Of a DNA stretch of 62,020 nucleotides, positions 7,177-16,119 are shown piece by piece. Position numbers and translations under genes: made by a program. Origin of the DNA: a virus (taxonomy: Duplodnaviria; Heunggongvirae; Uroviricota; Caudoviricetes); the IMG/VR virus record IMGVR_UViG_3300023082_000008, positions 64,001-126,020 of that record; one strand, 5' to 3'. Each line of letters starts with the position of its first letter. Position 1 is the first letter of the stretch. The notes under the pieces are model-generated. The model made no database searches and had not been told where the DNA came from. It worked only from the letters and a program-made list of their open reading frames with translations.

Positions 7177-7928
7177 CTCAAAAATGGTTTACTTTGATGA
7201 GTTGGAACATTGCTCATCTCAATTCAACCGGGGTTCGCACATGGGCAACCCGACGCGGTACAGTTGTTCGAAAGATTAAGAATGTAGCGCCAGATGTGTT
7301 CTGTTCACAGGAGAACGTCAAAACGGTTGGTAGGCTAAGTGGTTATGGATATATTGATTCTAAATTGTCATCATATGAGCGTGTGGCGGGTTCTGATGGT
7401 CGTTATATCTACATTCGTCAACAGACTGTAAAATACATTGCTGGTGGAGTCTTTCAACTCACGCCCAAGTACAAAGGTGATGACAAGCAGGCTGCATGGG
7501 CTATCCTACAGATGCGCTCAGGCGGCGAGCCATTCCTCGTTACCTCGTACCACTTGGAAAACGAGGGTATGTCAGACCTTATTCGTTACAAGCAAATGAA
7601 GTCATGTCTGTCACAGGCTAAGGCAAAAGCAAGCGTGCGCGGTATTCCTACAAGCCGAATTTTCCACGCGGGAGATACGAATTTCCAGACAGCCGGTGCG
7701 ATTAACAAGGTTAAAGCGTTGGGATATGCTGATGCATTCGACAAGGCAAAGACAGTTAAGAAGAAGAGTTACCGTTCTTTCAATGACTGGCGCGCAACTC
7801 GTGTTGGATTCCGCATTGATCGTATTTGGATCAATGCTAGCCGACCTATCATTCTTGCGCAGCAAATTACTAGTCTTTTCCGTGCAGCGGACCACAACCC
7901 ACAGGTGGTTGTAGTAGGAAAAACATAG
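7173..7928 (+). CDS. endonuclease/exonuclease/phosphatase (EEP) family protein
   Basis: LMSWNI, PDVFCSQE, TSYHL, AGDTN, RIDRIW and ADHNP catalytic motifs. GTGA overlap with the endolysin. Confidence 0.88.
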   Translation: MTQKWFTLMSWNIAHLNSTGVRTWATRRGTVVRKIKNVAPDVFCSQENVKTVGRLSGYGYIDSKLSSYERVAGSDGRYIYIRQQTVKYIAGGVFQLTPKYKGDDKQAAWAILQMRSGGEPFLVTSYHLENEGMSDLIRYKQMKSCLSQAKAKASVRGIPTSRIFHAGDTNFQTAGAINKVKALGYADAFDKAKTVKKKSYRSFNDWRATRVGFRIDRIWINASRPIILAQQITSLFRAADHNPQVVVVGKT

Positions 7929-7940
7929 TGATATAATAGA

Positions 7941-8095
7941 ACTATCCAGATGGGACATAGGTGCCCGTCGCGATTCGTACGAGTCCACCGAGACAGCGTG
8001 CTAGTCGTTCACTCCGGTCGCTATCAATGATTACGGCTAGGATGGTATAGTTACAGAAGGACCCGAGGCTAGGTGCTCTCGGGTCCTTCGCTATT
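7941..8095 (+). ncRNA. candidate small structured RNA
   Basis: Promoter TGA-TATAAT (7929-7937). No ORF. Closing stem 7941-7947/8040-8046 with three internal hairpins. Terminator at 8056-8089. Confidence 0.5.
8056..8095 (+). terminator. intrinsic terminator-like hairpin
   Basis: GAAGGACCCGAG / CTCGGGTCCTTC 12-bp perfect stem. Confidence 0.75.
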
Positions 8096-8122
8096 TAGAC
8101 CCATGAATGCTACAATAGCAAC

Positions 8123-9706
8123 ATGAGTTATTACGACGAAGTCATCAGAGACGCCCCCGATTCCATTTTTATGATGGATGATAATTTTCTCAATGCGTCA
8201 GGAAGATCAGTTGCGACCCAATTCACCGGGGCGGTAGACGACACCGGACCGGCACTGGTTGCTGGAGCGTCTAAAGCAAGTTTGTGGAATGCTAGTGCTT
8301 CTCTTCAAATCACTTTTCCCCTAATGAAGGAAGGAAAAGAAAGAGAACCCTTTACACTTGAATCCTGGTTTAGGCCAGTTGCTGGCGCAGGTCAATTTTC
8401 CATTGCGACCAATTCTTTTACTTATGATGGTCTATTTTGGAATGGCACGTCATTAACTTTTTCTTTGAAATTATCAACAGGATATGTAGGAGTAGAGTAT
8501 ACTCCTTTAGTCTTGTCAAATATGCACATTGTGGGTGTTTACAGTGGAACGGCATTGACTCTTTTTGTTAATGGAAATCCTGTAGCCAGTAGACAACTTA
8601 CAATAGCAGAACAAGCCCTCAAATTTTCTCCTGTTTCTACTACTCAATATATTTATCACGGAACCGGAGTTGGACTTTCCAACGCCTTGGCTGCGTATTG
8701 TCTTGTTCTACCAGCCGATCGTATTCGCGCACATTACGCCGCCGGTATAGATACGCGTCCGATGGATGCCGCAGGCACTATGCATGGTGGAATGTTTGAA
8801 AAGATCAATCTTGATCAGGGAGAAACATTCTTGAATAGAACTTTCAATGATCAGATTACTTATGAAAATGCAATTTTTACATGTTCTGTAACTGATGTTT
8901 TGGCACCCAAGCAAGACGACGACGGTACATATCTTGCGGGAGAGTGGCAAACTGCTGTGCCATTGGGTCAAGGTGGTACTAGCATTAACGGCATTAAATT
9001 AAGTTGGGTTGGCACGGGCATATTTTCTATTTCTACTTCTATTGATGGAATCTCATGGGACCAAGCGACCAAGAATGATTTCAAAGTATCTACAATTGCT
9101 CCGGGCTTTGATGGTACCGGAAAATGGATATACCTAAAAGTTAACTTTGCTGCTGATTTTGCAAGTGAAATTAAAAGCATTTCTTTGGTGGGATACAAGG
9201 ACATGGGCATTAAAACGCTCAAGCGTGCTATTACTTTGCCGGACGATGCGGTCTTGTTTAGCGACGATCAGGTGATCACCTATTCGGATGCCAATGGACT
9301 TTACACTCCTACTGGATTGACAATTGGAGCAACAGAAGAGGCTGACCCGGTATACGCTTTAGGTTTTTGGTATAACTCTCCAATCGGTAATGTGACAGTA
9401 AATGTGACTCCCACAGCGTTTTATGAAAACTCTATTCTTCGCTCCCCACGCACAGTAAATGGACGATGGACGTATGCGGTTTATGTGTTCCCGGCCACCA
9501 CAACTGAAATAGTGATTACTGGTAATACAAATATTGTGGCACCGGTGCTATATTCAGCATCAATTGATGCCCAACAAGTTAAAGAAATCTATTACTCGTA
9601 CACAGGTTATCCAAAACTATCTCTTGCATCTTCTGGAGTTTTTTCTATCAATACTCCCACGGCCAAAATTTATAGCAACGATTGGACAAGTTCCGGTACA
9701 GGCTAG
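8123..9706 (+). CDS. LamG/concanavalin-A-like lectin domain virion protein
   Basis: FTLESWF...MHIVGVYSGTALTLFVNG...RIRAHY LamG signature. Leaderless promoter TGC-TACAAT, 6 nt, ATG. Confidence 0.8.
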   Translation: MSYYDEVIRDAPDSIFMMDDNFLNASGRSVATQFTGAVDDTGPALVAGASKASLWNASASLQITFPLMKEGKEREPFTLESWFRPVAGAGQFSIATNSFTYDGLFWNGTSLTFSLKLSTGYVGVEYTPLVLSNMHIVGVYSGTALTLFVNGNPVASRQLTIAEQALKFSPVSTTQYIYHGTGVGLSNALAAYCLVLPADRIRAHYAAGIDTRPMDAAGTMHGGMFEKINLDQGETFLNRTFNDQITYENAIFTCSVTDVLAPKQDDDGTYLAGEWQTAVPLGQGGTSINGIKLSWVGTGIFSISTSIDGISWDQATKNDFKVSTIAPGFDGTGKWIYLKVNFAADFASEIKSISLVGYKDMGIKTLKRAITLPDDAVLFSDDQVITYSDANGLYTPTGLTIGATEEADPVYALGFWYNSPIGNVTVNVTPTAFYENSILRSPRTVNGRWTYAVYVFPATTTEIVITGNTNIVAPVLYSASIDAQQVKEIYYSYTGYPKLSLASSGVFSINTPTAKIYSNDWTSSGTG

Positions 9707-9769
9707 TATATTTAGAACCACAATAAGACAGTTTGGCCATTAAAACCAGCAATGTGGTAAAATCTAAAT

Positions 9770-10087
9770 ATGAAGACAACACATATTGAAGACACAAACC
9801 TTGGTGTTTACCTTGCAAAGTCTGAGGGAAACTACATCATCAATGAAGATGAAGAGTTTTTGCTTATTTATGGTATGCGAAACGACAAGCGAAAGGTCGT
9901 TGAACTTATCAAAGTAGCAAAGAGTTTTGGTCTGCCCGACATTACAGTTGAATTTCGTCCAGACCAACGCCCAGTGTCTCACGAAGAATATGATGAACAG
10001 ATGGAACGTCTCAAGAATGGTATCACTCCCGATCCCTACGATCTTGGTCACTTAATTGATCAGTACAATGAGGCGAACGGCAAATGA
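9770..10087 (+). CDS. hypothetical protein preceding portal
   Basis: Leaderless promoter TGG-TAAAAT, 6 nt, ATG. Coupled to the portal gene by overlap. Confidence 0.75.
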   Translation: MKTTHIEDTNLGVYLAKSEGNYIINEDEEFLLIYGMRNDKRKVVELIKVAKSFGLPDITVEFRPDQRPVSHEEYDEQMERLKNGITPDPYDLGHLIDQYNEANGK

Positions 10088-11793
10088 GTGAAATTAGAGT
10101 CACGGCGGTAGAGGATGACAATCCAGAAGACTACAGGGTAGTTAAGCGAATTGTCACTGGCGTACGTACCGGTCCTTCACACGTAGATAAGGCGACTGGA
10201 GGAGAAGACCCATTCCTTAAAAAGGTTAGTGAACTTAAGTTAAAGACATCCGGCAAGAACTCAATTAAGCCGTCACTTCACAAAAAGGCCCAGCGTCTTG
10301 AAAAGGTATATCAAGGAAAAACAGGTTCTGGCGAAAAAGTCCAATCTAAGCAGAAGTTTGAAGAAACTGCTTCCGGGTATGGATATCTTGAAGTAGTTCA
10401 GCCGTTCTATAATCTAGACTATCTTGCCAAGTTGTATGAGGCGTCTTCTACAAACTCCGCAGCCATTAGAGCAAAGGCAGCAAACGTAGTTGGCCTTGGG
10501 TATACGCTTGTTGAGTCAAATAAGACCAAGCGTAGGTTTGATGATCTTCAAAGTGACAAGGATGGTCTAGCCAAGTACCGTGTCAAAGTGAACAAGATTC
10601 GTGACAATGTCATGGATATGCTTGACGAATTTAATGAAGAGGATGACTTCAATGAAGTTCTTCTGAAAGCCTACATTGACTACGAAGCAACTGGTCAGGG
10701 TTATATTGAAATTGGTCGTGGAGACGACGGACAAATTGGAATGATCGCGCACGCGCCTGCCACCACAATTCGCGTACGTCGTGCTCGTGACGGTTTTGTA
10801 CAAATTGTCTCCAATGATGCGGTGTTCTTCCGCAATTTTGGAGACACTACCACACCCAACCCAATTGGTAATGATCCTGAGCCAAACGAACTTATTGTTA
10901 TCAAAAAGTACACACCAACAAACACTTACTACGGTATTCCAGATATTATTTCTGCAAAGGAAGCGCTGGCCGGTAACGCGTTTGCAGCGAAGTTCAATCT
11001 TGATTACTTTGAGAACAAGGCCGTGCCACGCCACTTGATCATTCTCAAGGGTGCAGAGTTTAGTCCAGCCGCAGAGCAATCTATTGTCGAATTCTTCGAA
11101 ACGGGACTTAAGGGCAAGAACCACCGCTCTCTGTACGTGCCTCTACCGGGTGACTCACCTGACGAGAAGGTTGAATTTGATATCAAGCCTGTTGAGGCCG
11201 GTATTCAGGATCAGTCCTTCCAGAAGTACCACGATTCTAATCAGAGCGAAATACTAATGGCCCACGGAGTCCCACCAAACAAGGTAGGTATCTCTGCGGG
11301 TGTATCCGTTGCGTCTGCACTAGAAGCGTCACGTACATTCAAAGACCAAATTTCTACGCCAGAGCAGCGTCGCTGGTCAAAGAAGATTACACGCATCATT
11401 AAGGAATTGACTGAGGCATGGATTTTCAAATTCAACGAAATGTCACTTACCGACGAAGATACTCAAAGTAAGATTGATGAGCGAAACGTCCGAAACTCTA
11501 TTGAAATGGCAAATGAAATTCGTGCACGTAAGGGTCTTCCTGCAATTGAAAAGGGTGATCAAACAGTTGTGGACATTGCAGAAGAGGAGCGTCTCGCCGC
11601 TGAAAAGTTAGCGAAGGAGCAGTCAGAGGCACAGATAAAGGCCGGTGAATCACAGGCTAAAATTGATGCACAGGCCGCTCACGCGAAACAAAATGCTACA
11701 GGCGACGGTGCTCGCGGAGCAGAGAGAAGTGCTGCAACTTCAACGACTTCTGCTCAAGGGCGTGCTCCAAAAGGCGAGGGTAGACGTAGTTAA
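10084..11793 (+). CDS. portal protein (PBSX-like)
   Basis: DYEATGQGYIEIGR, YYGIPDIISA, DYFENKAVP, EILMAHGVPP, NEIRARKGLP. Confidence 0.92.
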   Translation: MSEIRVTAVEDDNPEDYRVVKRIVTGVRTGPSHVDKATGGEDPFLKKVSELKLKTSGKNSIKPSLHKKAQRLEKVYQGKTGSGEKVQSKQKFEETASGYGYLEVVQPFYNLDYLAKLYEASSTNSAAIRAKAANVVGLGYTLVESNKTKRRFDDLQSDKDGLAKYRVKVNKIRDNVMDMLDEFNEEDDFNEVLLKAYIDYEATGQGYIEIGRGDDGQIGMIAHAPATTIRVRRARDGFVQIVSNDAVFFRNFGDTTTPNPIGNDPEPNELIVIKKYTPTNTYYGIPDIISAKEALAGNAFAAKFNLDYFENKAVPRHLIILKGAEFSPAAEQSIVEFFETGLKGKNHRSLYVPLPGDSPDEKVEFDIKPVEAGIQDQSFQKYHDSNQSEILMAHGVPPNKVGISAGVSVASALEASRTFKDQISTPEQRRWSKKITRIIKELTEAWIFKFNEMSLTDEDTQSKIDERNVRNSIEMANEIRARKGLPAIEKGDQTVVDIAEEERLAAEKLAKEQSEAQIKAGESQAKIDAQAAHAKQNATGDGARGAERSAATSTTSAQGRAPKGEGRRS

Positions 11794-11841
11794 TAATTAG
11801 CAGTTTTGTATCATAATATGAGACACGCTACAATAGGGTAT

Positions 11842-13083
11842 ATGGAAATGAACAAGGCATCGCTAACCATTAATGGAGAAGGAACCCAATTAAACATTGG
11901 CTCCCCCATTGTTAAGATCGACAAATCACGTCGTCTTGTATCTGGTTATGCTACAGCCAATAATGTTGATAGCCAAAAAGATATTGTTACTACAGAGGCC
12001 TCACTAAAAGCATTTGAAGAAGCGAGAGGTAATATTCGTGAAATGCACGGGACAGAGGCTGTTGGTAAAGTTGTTGACTACAAGGTTGATAAGTTTGTAG
12101 CAAAAGACGGTAATACCTACGAAGGTATCTATGTAACAGCGTATATCTCCAAGGGTGCCCCAAACGCTTGGGAAAAGGTTTTAGATGGAACCTACACCGG
12201 TTTTTCAATTGGTGGAAACATTACAGACTCAGAGTCCGAATGGCGAAAGGATGCCGATGGTACAGTTCGAATTGTTAAAGGATACGATTTGATCGAACTT
12301 TCTATTGTTGATAATCCCGCCAATCAAGAGGCTAATATTTTTTCAATTCAGAAAGCAATGACCGGCCAACAGCCAGAACATGCTATTGAATTGGAGCAAG
12401 CATTCGTGTGTCGCACGGATGAGGTTGCACGAACCAGCAAGTCAGACACATTAACATGCGTGACTTGCAAGGAAGACATGGAGCCCATGGGATGGGTGGA
12501 GACGGCTGGTGATAAGACTAAGGCTGTTAAGTCACTCATGACTAAGTTCCTAACTCCCGACACAAATGAGGGAGGTGTAACGAAAATGACAGATGAAAAC
12601 AAGACCACAGCGGATTCCACAGTGGGAGACCTTGGAATCACTGATCCAGAAGTTGTAGAAGCGCCATCGCCAGAGGACGTAGCGGTAGAGACTCCTGAGT
12701 CAGATGAAACTCCAAAGGAAGAAACCACAACGGAAGAGCCAACAGTATCCGAGGACGTGAACACTGACGAGCCAGACTTCGAAAAGATGCTTGCCAGCGT
12801 TAAGGACGCGGTAACCAAGGAAGTGGCATCCTTAGAAGGCAAGATCGAGGATATGAAGAAGGCAGCAGATAGCCGCCTTTCTGAACTCGACGGCAAGTTG
12901 ACGGATGCTATGCAAAAGTTTGATAGCGCAAAGAATGAAATCAATAGCGTAACAAAGCGATTGAAAGTAGTTGAAGGAAAGAGTGCTATTCGCAAGTCTG
13001 CTGACGTATCGTCAGTAAGTAATGAGAGTTCTGAACCAGATAATATCTGGACGGGCGCTCTCTTGGACAGGGATTTGAACTAA
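11842..13083 (+). CDS. prohead (capsid maturation) protease fused to an acidic scaffold-like C-terminus
   Basis: VSGYATANNVDSQKD, NIREMH, GFSIGG, ELSIVDNPANQ (HK97-type protease) followed by an acidic and coiled-coil tail. Start ATG 11842, 7 nt after TACAAT. Confidence 0.88.
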   Translation: MEMNKASLTINGEGTQLNIGSPIVKIDKSRRLVSGYATANNVDSQKDIVTTEASLKAFEEARGNIREMHGTEAVGKVVDYKVDKFVAKDGNTYEGIYVTAYISKGAPNAWEKVLDGTYTGFSIGGNITDSESEWRKDADGTVRIVKGYDLIELSIVDNPANQEANIFSIQKAMTGQQPEHAIELEQAFVCRTDEVARTSKSDTLTCVTCKEDMEPMGWVETAGDKTKAVKSLMTKFLTPDTNEGGVTKMTDENKTTADSTVGDLGITDPEVVEAPSPEDVAVETPESDETPKEETTTEEPTVSEDVNTDEPDFEKMLASVKDAVTKEVASLEGKIEDMKKAADSRLSELDGKLTDAMQKFDSAKNEINSVTKRLKVVEGKSAIRKSADVSSVSNESSEPDNIWTGALLDRDLN

Positions 13084-13144
13084 GGTTCATTGAACTTTCA
13101 TTACAAATGCAATGAAATTAAATTTTGACGGAGGTGAATAAATT

Positions 13145-14149
13145 ATGAGTAACGAACTAATCGAAAAGGTCATTCGCACGAACGAAGTAGCGAGTGGCGG
13201 TGGTGGTCTTCTCTCACCAGAGCAGACAAACACATTTATCGACTACATGTGGGACTCAACTGTTCTTGGTAAGCAGGTCCGTAAGGTACCAATGCGCGCC
13301 AACGAGGCAGAGATTGATAAGATCAATGTCGGACAGCGAATCGTACGCCTTGCAACCGAGGCTGTCGACGACGGTGTGAACGCAGGTGCAACATTCTCGA
13401 AGATTTCTTTGACAACAAAGAAGTTGCGTCTTGACTGGGAACTTTCTACGGAAAGCCTTGAGGACAACATCGAGGGTAATAACCTTGAGGAACACATCGC
13501 TCGTCTCATGGCAACTCAGGCCGGTAACGACATTGAGGACCTGGCAATCAACGGAGATACGTCTTCTGCTGACCCACTACTTAAGTCATTTGACGGTTAC
13601 AAGAAGTTGCTAGAGGCAGGAGCAAACGTTGTTGACGCTAACGGCGGCTACTTCTCTCGCGCTACACTAAACCGTGCGCTTAAGACAATGCCACGTAAGT
13701 TCCTACAGCGTCGTGGAGAGTTGAAGTTCTTCGCAGGTTCAGGAGTCGTTCAGGATTACATCTACAGCCTACAGCAGGTAGAGAATGGTCTGATCAGCCC
13801 CGAGGCATCGGCTCTTGCAGGTATCAACCAGGCTAACCAGCCTAATGGTGCAGCAGGATTCGTCACGGGCAACGCTTTCGGTCTGTCTATCAACGAGGTA
13901 CCCCTCTTTGATGAACAGCGCAAGTTGAACGACACTGGCAGCGGCGCTTCCGACCACACTTCCGTCTGGCTACTCGACCCAAAGAACCTTCTATGGGGCG
14001 TGAAGCGTGAGATTAAGGTGTACCGCAAGTTCGCTGAGAAAAAGGATACAACGGAATGGACCCTATACACACGTGTAGGTGTTCAGGTTGAAAACCTCTC
14101 AGCCGTAGTCGTGGTAAAGAATATTAAGGCAGCAGCGCTAAGCGTCTAA
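13145..14149 (+). CDS. major capsid protein (HK97 fold)
   Basis: Position after the protease. GGLLSPEQ...LRLDWELSTESLEDNIEG...GNDIEDLAING. SD GGAGGTGA. Strong terminator downstream. Confidence 0.92.
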   Translation: MSNELIEKVIRTNEVASGGGGLLSPEQTNTFIDYMWDSTVLGKQVRKVPMRANEAEIDKINVGQRIVRLATEAVDDGVNAGATFSKISLTTKKLRLDWELSTESLEDNIEGNNLEEHIARLMATQAGNDIEDLAINGDTSSADPLLKSFDGYKKLLEAGANVVDANGGYFSRATLNRALKTMPRKFLQRRGELKFFAGSGVVQDYIYSLQQVENGLISPEASALAGINQANQPNGAAGFVTGNAFGLSINEVPLFDEQRKLNDTGSGASDHTSVWLLDPKNLLWGVKREIKVYRKFAEKKDTTEWTLYTRVGVQVENLSAVVVVKNIKAAALSV

Positions 14150-14165
14150 TGCTTGAGTATTCCTG

Positions 14166-14194
14166 AAAAGCCCCCGGTTTTCCGGGGGCTTTTT
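14166..14194 (+). terminator. intrinsic terminator after capsid gene
   Basis: AAAAGCCCCCGG-TTTT-CCGGGGGCTTTTT. Confidence 0.9.
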
Positions 14195-14227
14195 GCTTCA
14201 TAAAGAATGTACTGATACACTATTTGC

Positions 14228-14602
14228 ATGAAGTGTATATTTACAGATTGCGGAAGAGATGCCCAGACCGCCGGATTGTGCTGGGGTCATTACAAACAAA
14301 AGGTTCAGGGCCGAACACTCAAGGCATTGAGGAAGCAAGGTCCAAAGGGCGACGGTAGTCCAGATGAAAGAGGATACATCAGAGTCAAGATAAAGGGGAA
14401 GATGTACCTCAAGCACAGACTGGTCATGGCCAAGCATCTAGGCAGAGAACTTCGTCTTTTCGAAAACGTTCACCACAAGAATGGCAACAAGGGAGATAAC
14501 ACTATCGAGAACCTTGAACTTTGGGTTACAAAACAACCCGCAGGCCAACGGCCAGAAGACCTCGTAGCCTATGCGCGAGAGATTCTTGAACTGTACGGCT
14601 GA
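14228..14602 (+). CDS. free-standing HNH homing endonuclease
   Basis: [37 protein letters not shown] plus an N-terminal CxxxxC...CxxH. Own leaderless promoter TGA-TACACT. Confidence 0.9.
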   Translation: MKCIFTDCGRDAQTAGLCWGHYKQKVQGRTLKALRKQGPKGDGSPDERGYIRVKIKGKMYLKHRLVMAKHLGRELRLFENVHHKNGNKGDNTIENLELWVTKQPAGQRPEDLVAYAREILELYG

Positions 14603-14646
14603 AACATGCTACAATAGATACTAACTAGTTAGAAGGAGTTGTACAC

Positions 14647-15135
14647 GTGTCACTTATTGACAAGATGAACAAGAAGGACTTGCAGGGCCTAGCCCGCAGT
14701 ATCTTCGTAGAGTTGCCCGAGGGTGCCAATCTCGCTGAGATTCGCGCAATCCTCCACCAAGAAAATTTGACGGACGATGATATCGAGAACATTGAAATCG
14801 TTCCTGAGGTTGATCCGAACAAGCCACTCGTGGCTGAGGCTGATGGTAGTGTCGTTACGACGAACACTCTTCGTGCTGAGGAAGAAGCAGCACCCGAGCC
14901 TGAAATTGTAGCAGTCGTTGAGCCCGAGTATCAGCGCGGTGCGCCAGCGCCGGTAAAGACCGATGTGCTTATCAAGTATGAGCGTCTTAATCCTTCCTTT
15001 GAGATACTAACATATAAGTTTACTAGCGAGCACCCATTTTTGCTAGTACGCCCAGAGGACGCGGACTACATCGTCCGTAACATTCCAGGATTCCGTCCAG
15101 CACTAGAGTCAGAAGCACAGGAGTTCTACTCCTAA
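14647..15135 (+). CDS. acidic head-associated hypothetical protein
   Basis: GTG start with SD AAGGAG. Own promoter TGC-TACAAT at 14607-14615. Terminator downstream. Confidence 0.75.
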   Translation: MSLIDKMNKKDLQGLARSIFVELPEGANLAEIRAILHQENLTDDDIENIEIVPEVDPNKPLVAEADGSVVTTNTLRAEEEAAPEPEIVAVVEPEYQRGAPAPVKTDVLIKYERLNPSFEILTYKFTSEHPFLLVRPEDADYIVRNIPGFRPALESEAQEFYS

Positions 15136-15148
15136 TCAGGCCGCATCG

Positions 15149-15180
15149 AGACCCTTCATCCTAATGGATGGAGGGTCTTT
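15149..15180 (+). terminator. intrinsic terminator
   Basis: AGACCCTTCATCC-TAAT-GGATGGAGGGTCT followed by TTG. Confidence 0.8.
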
Positions 15181-15213
15181 GTGTTTGAATTGGAGCAGTG
15201 ATACACTGTAGAT

Positions 15214-16119
15214 ATGGACGTGCCAAAGGGTTATATCTCAAAGATCAAAATTCCTGTACCGGGTGATGTAGACGCATTTATTGGTGTCACTCGCTCGGAT
15301 ATGGTCATTGGGCCAGCACTACAGGTCACTGCATCGGGTGGAGTACTAGAAGTAACTCTACCGTACAAGGCTACGCACGACGAAGGCGTTGTCAACCTTT
15401 TGGTTACATTCGAGATTGACGGGGAAGAATTCAATCGTTCTCTTGACGTCAATGTTGTCACTCCATACATTGAACTTCACGAAATCAAGGATATTTTGGG
15501 TGATGCAGCAGACGACCAAGAATGCTTTGACGCAGAGGCCGCAGCCCGTCAGATCATTAATGCTCACACGGGTCAGGAGTTTGGTTTGTTTGTAGGAACG
15601 GTCAAAGTTCTTTCAAATTATGATGAAGCGCTTCCATTGCCACGTCGTTTGATTGAGCCAACCAAGATCGTGGCCGGTACCATTCCGATCTTTGATCGTG
15701 ACACACCCACCTCATACCTAAACTTCCTAGGAGAGAATCAATTTGTGACTACCGGCTCAGGTTGGTTCCTCAAGCGTCCAATCTGGTCATCTTCCATCAT
15801 TGTGGGAGACATGTACTCGTCCGATCCAATTGAGGCTCCACGCTTTACTGGTGTACACAAGTTCGACAACGATGTTGAATACACCATCACAGGCAAGTTT
15901 GGATACGAATCTGTTCCAGAGCCAGTACGTCAGGCAGCGAAGATTCTCACTGAACAGTACGAATGTGCAGACCGTGAGTACCGCGAGCAGTACCTAGAAT
16001 CTATCAAGAGTGCAGACTGGCGCATCCAGTTTAATTCTGGCGCATACCGTCGCACGGGCAATGCTCGTGCTGACAAGTTGCTGTCACCATATGTAATTAA
16101 CCGCGCCAAGGTGATTTAA
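15214..16119 (+). CDS. head-to-tail adaptor/connector
   Basis: AEAAARQIINAHTGQEF...GKFGYESVPEPVRQAAKIL...ADKLLSPY, plus position in the head-tail block. Confidence 0.75.
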   Translation: MDVPKGYISKIKIPVPGDVDAFIGVTRSDMVIGPALQVTASGGVLEVTLPYKATHDEGVVNLLVTFEIDGEEFNRSLDVNVVTPYIELHEIKDILGDAADDQECFDAEAAARQIINAHTGQEFGLFVGTVKVLSNYDEALPLPRRLIEPTKIVAGTIPIFDRDTPTSYLNFLGENQFVTTGSGWFLKRPIWSSSIIVGDMYSSDPIEAPRFTGVHKFDNDVEYTITGKFGYESVPEPVRQAAKILTEQYECADREYREQYLESIKSADWRIQFNSGAYRRTGNARADKLLSPYVINRAKVI

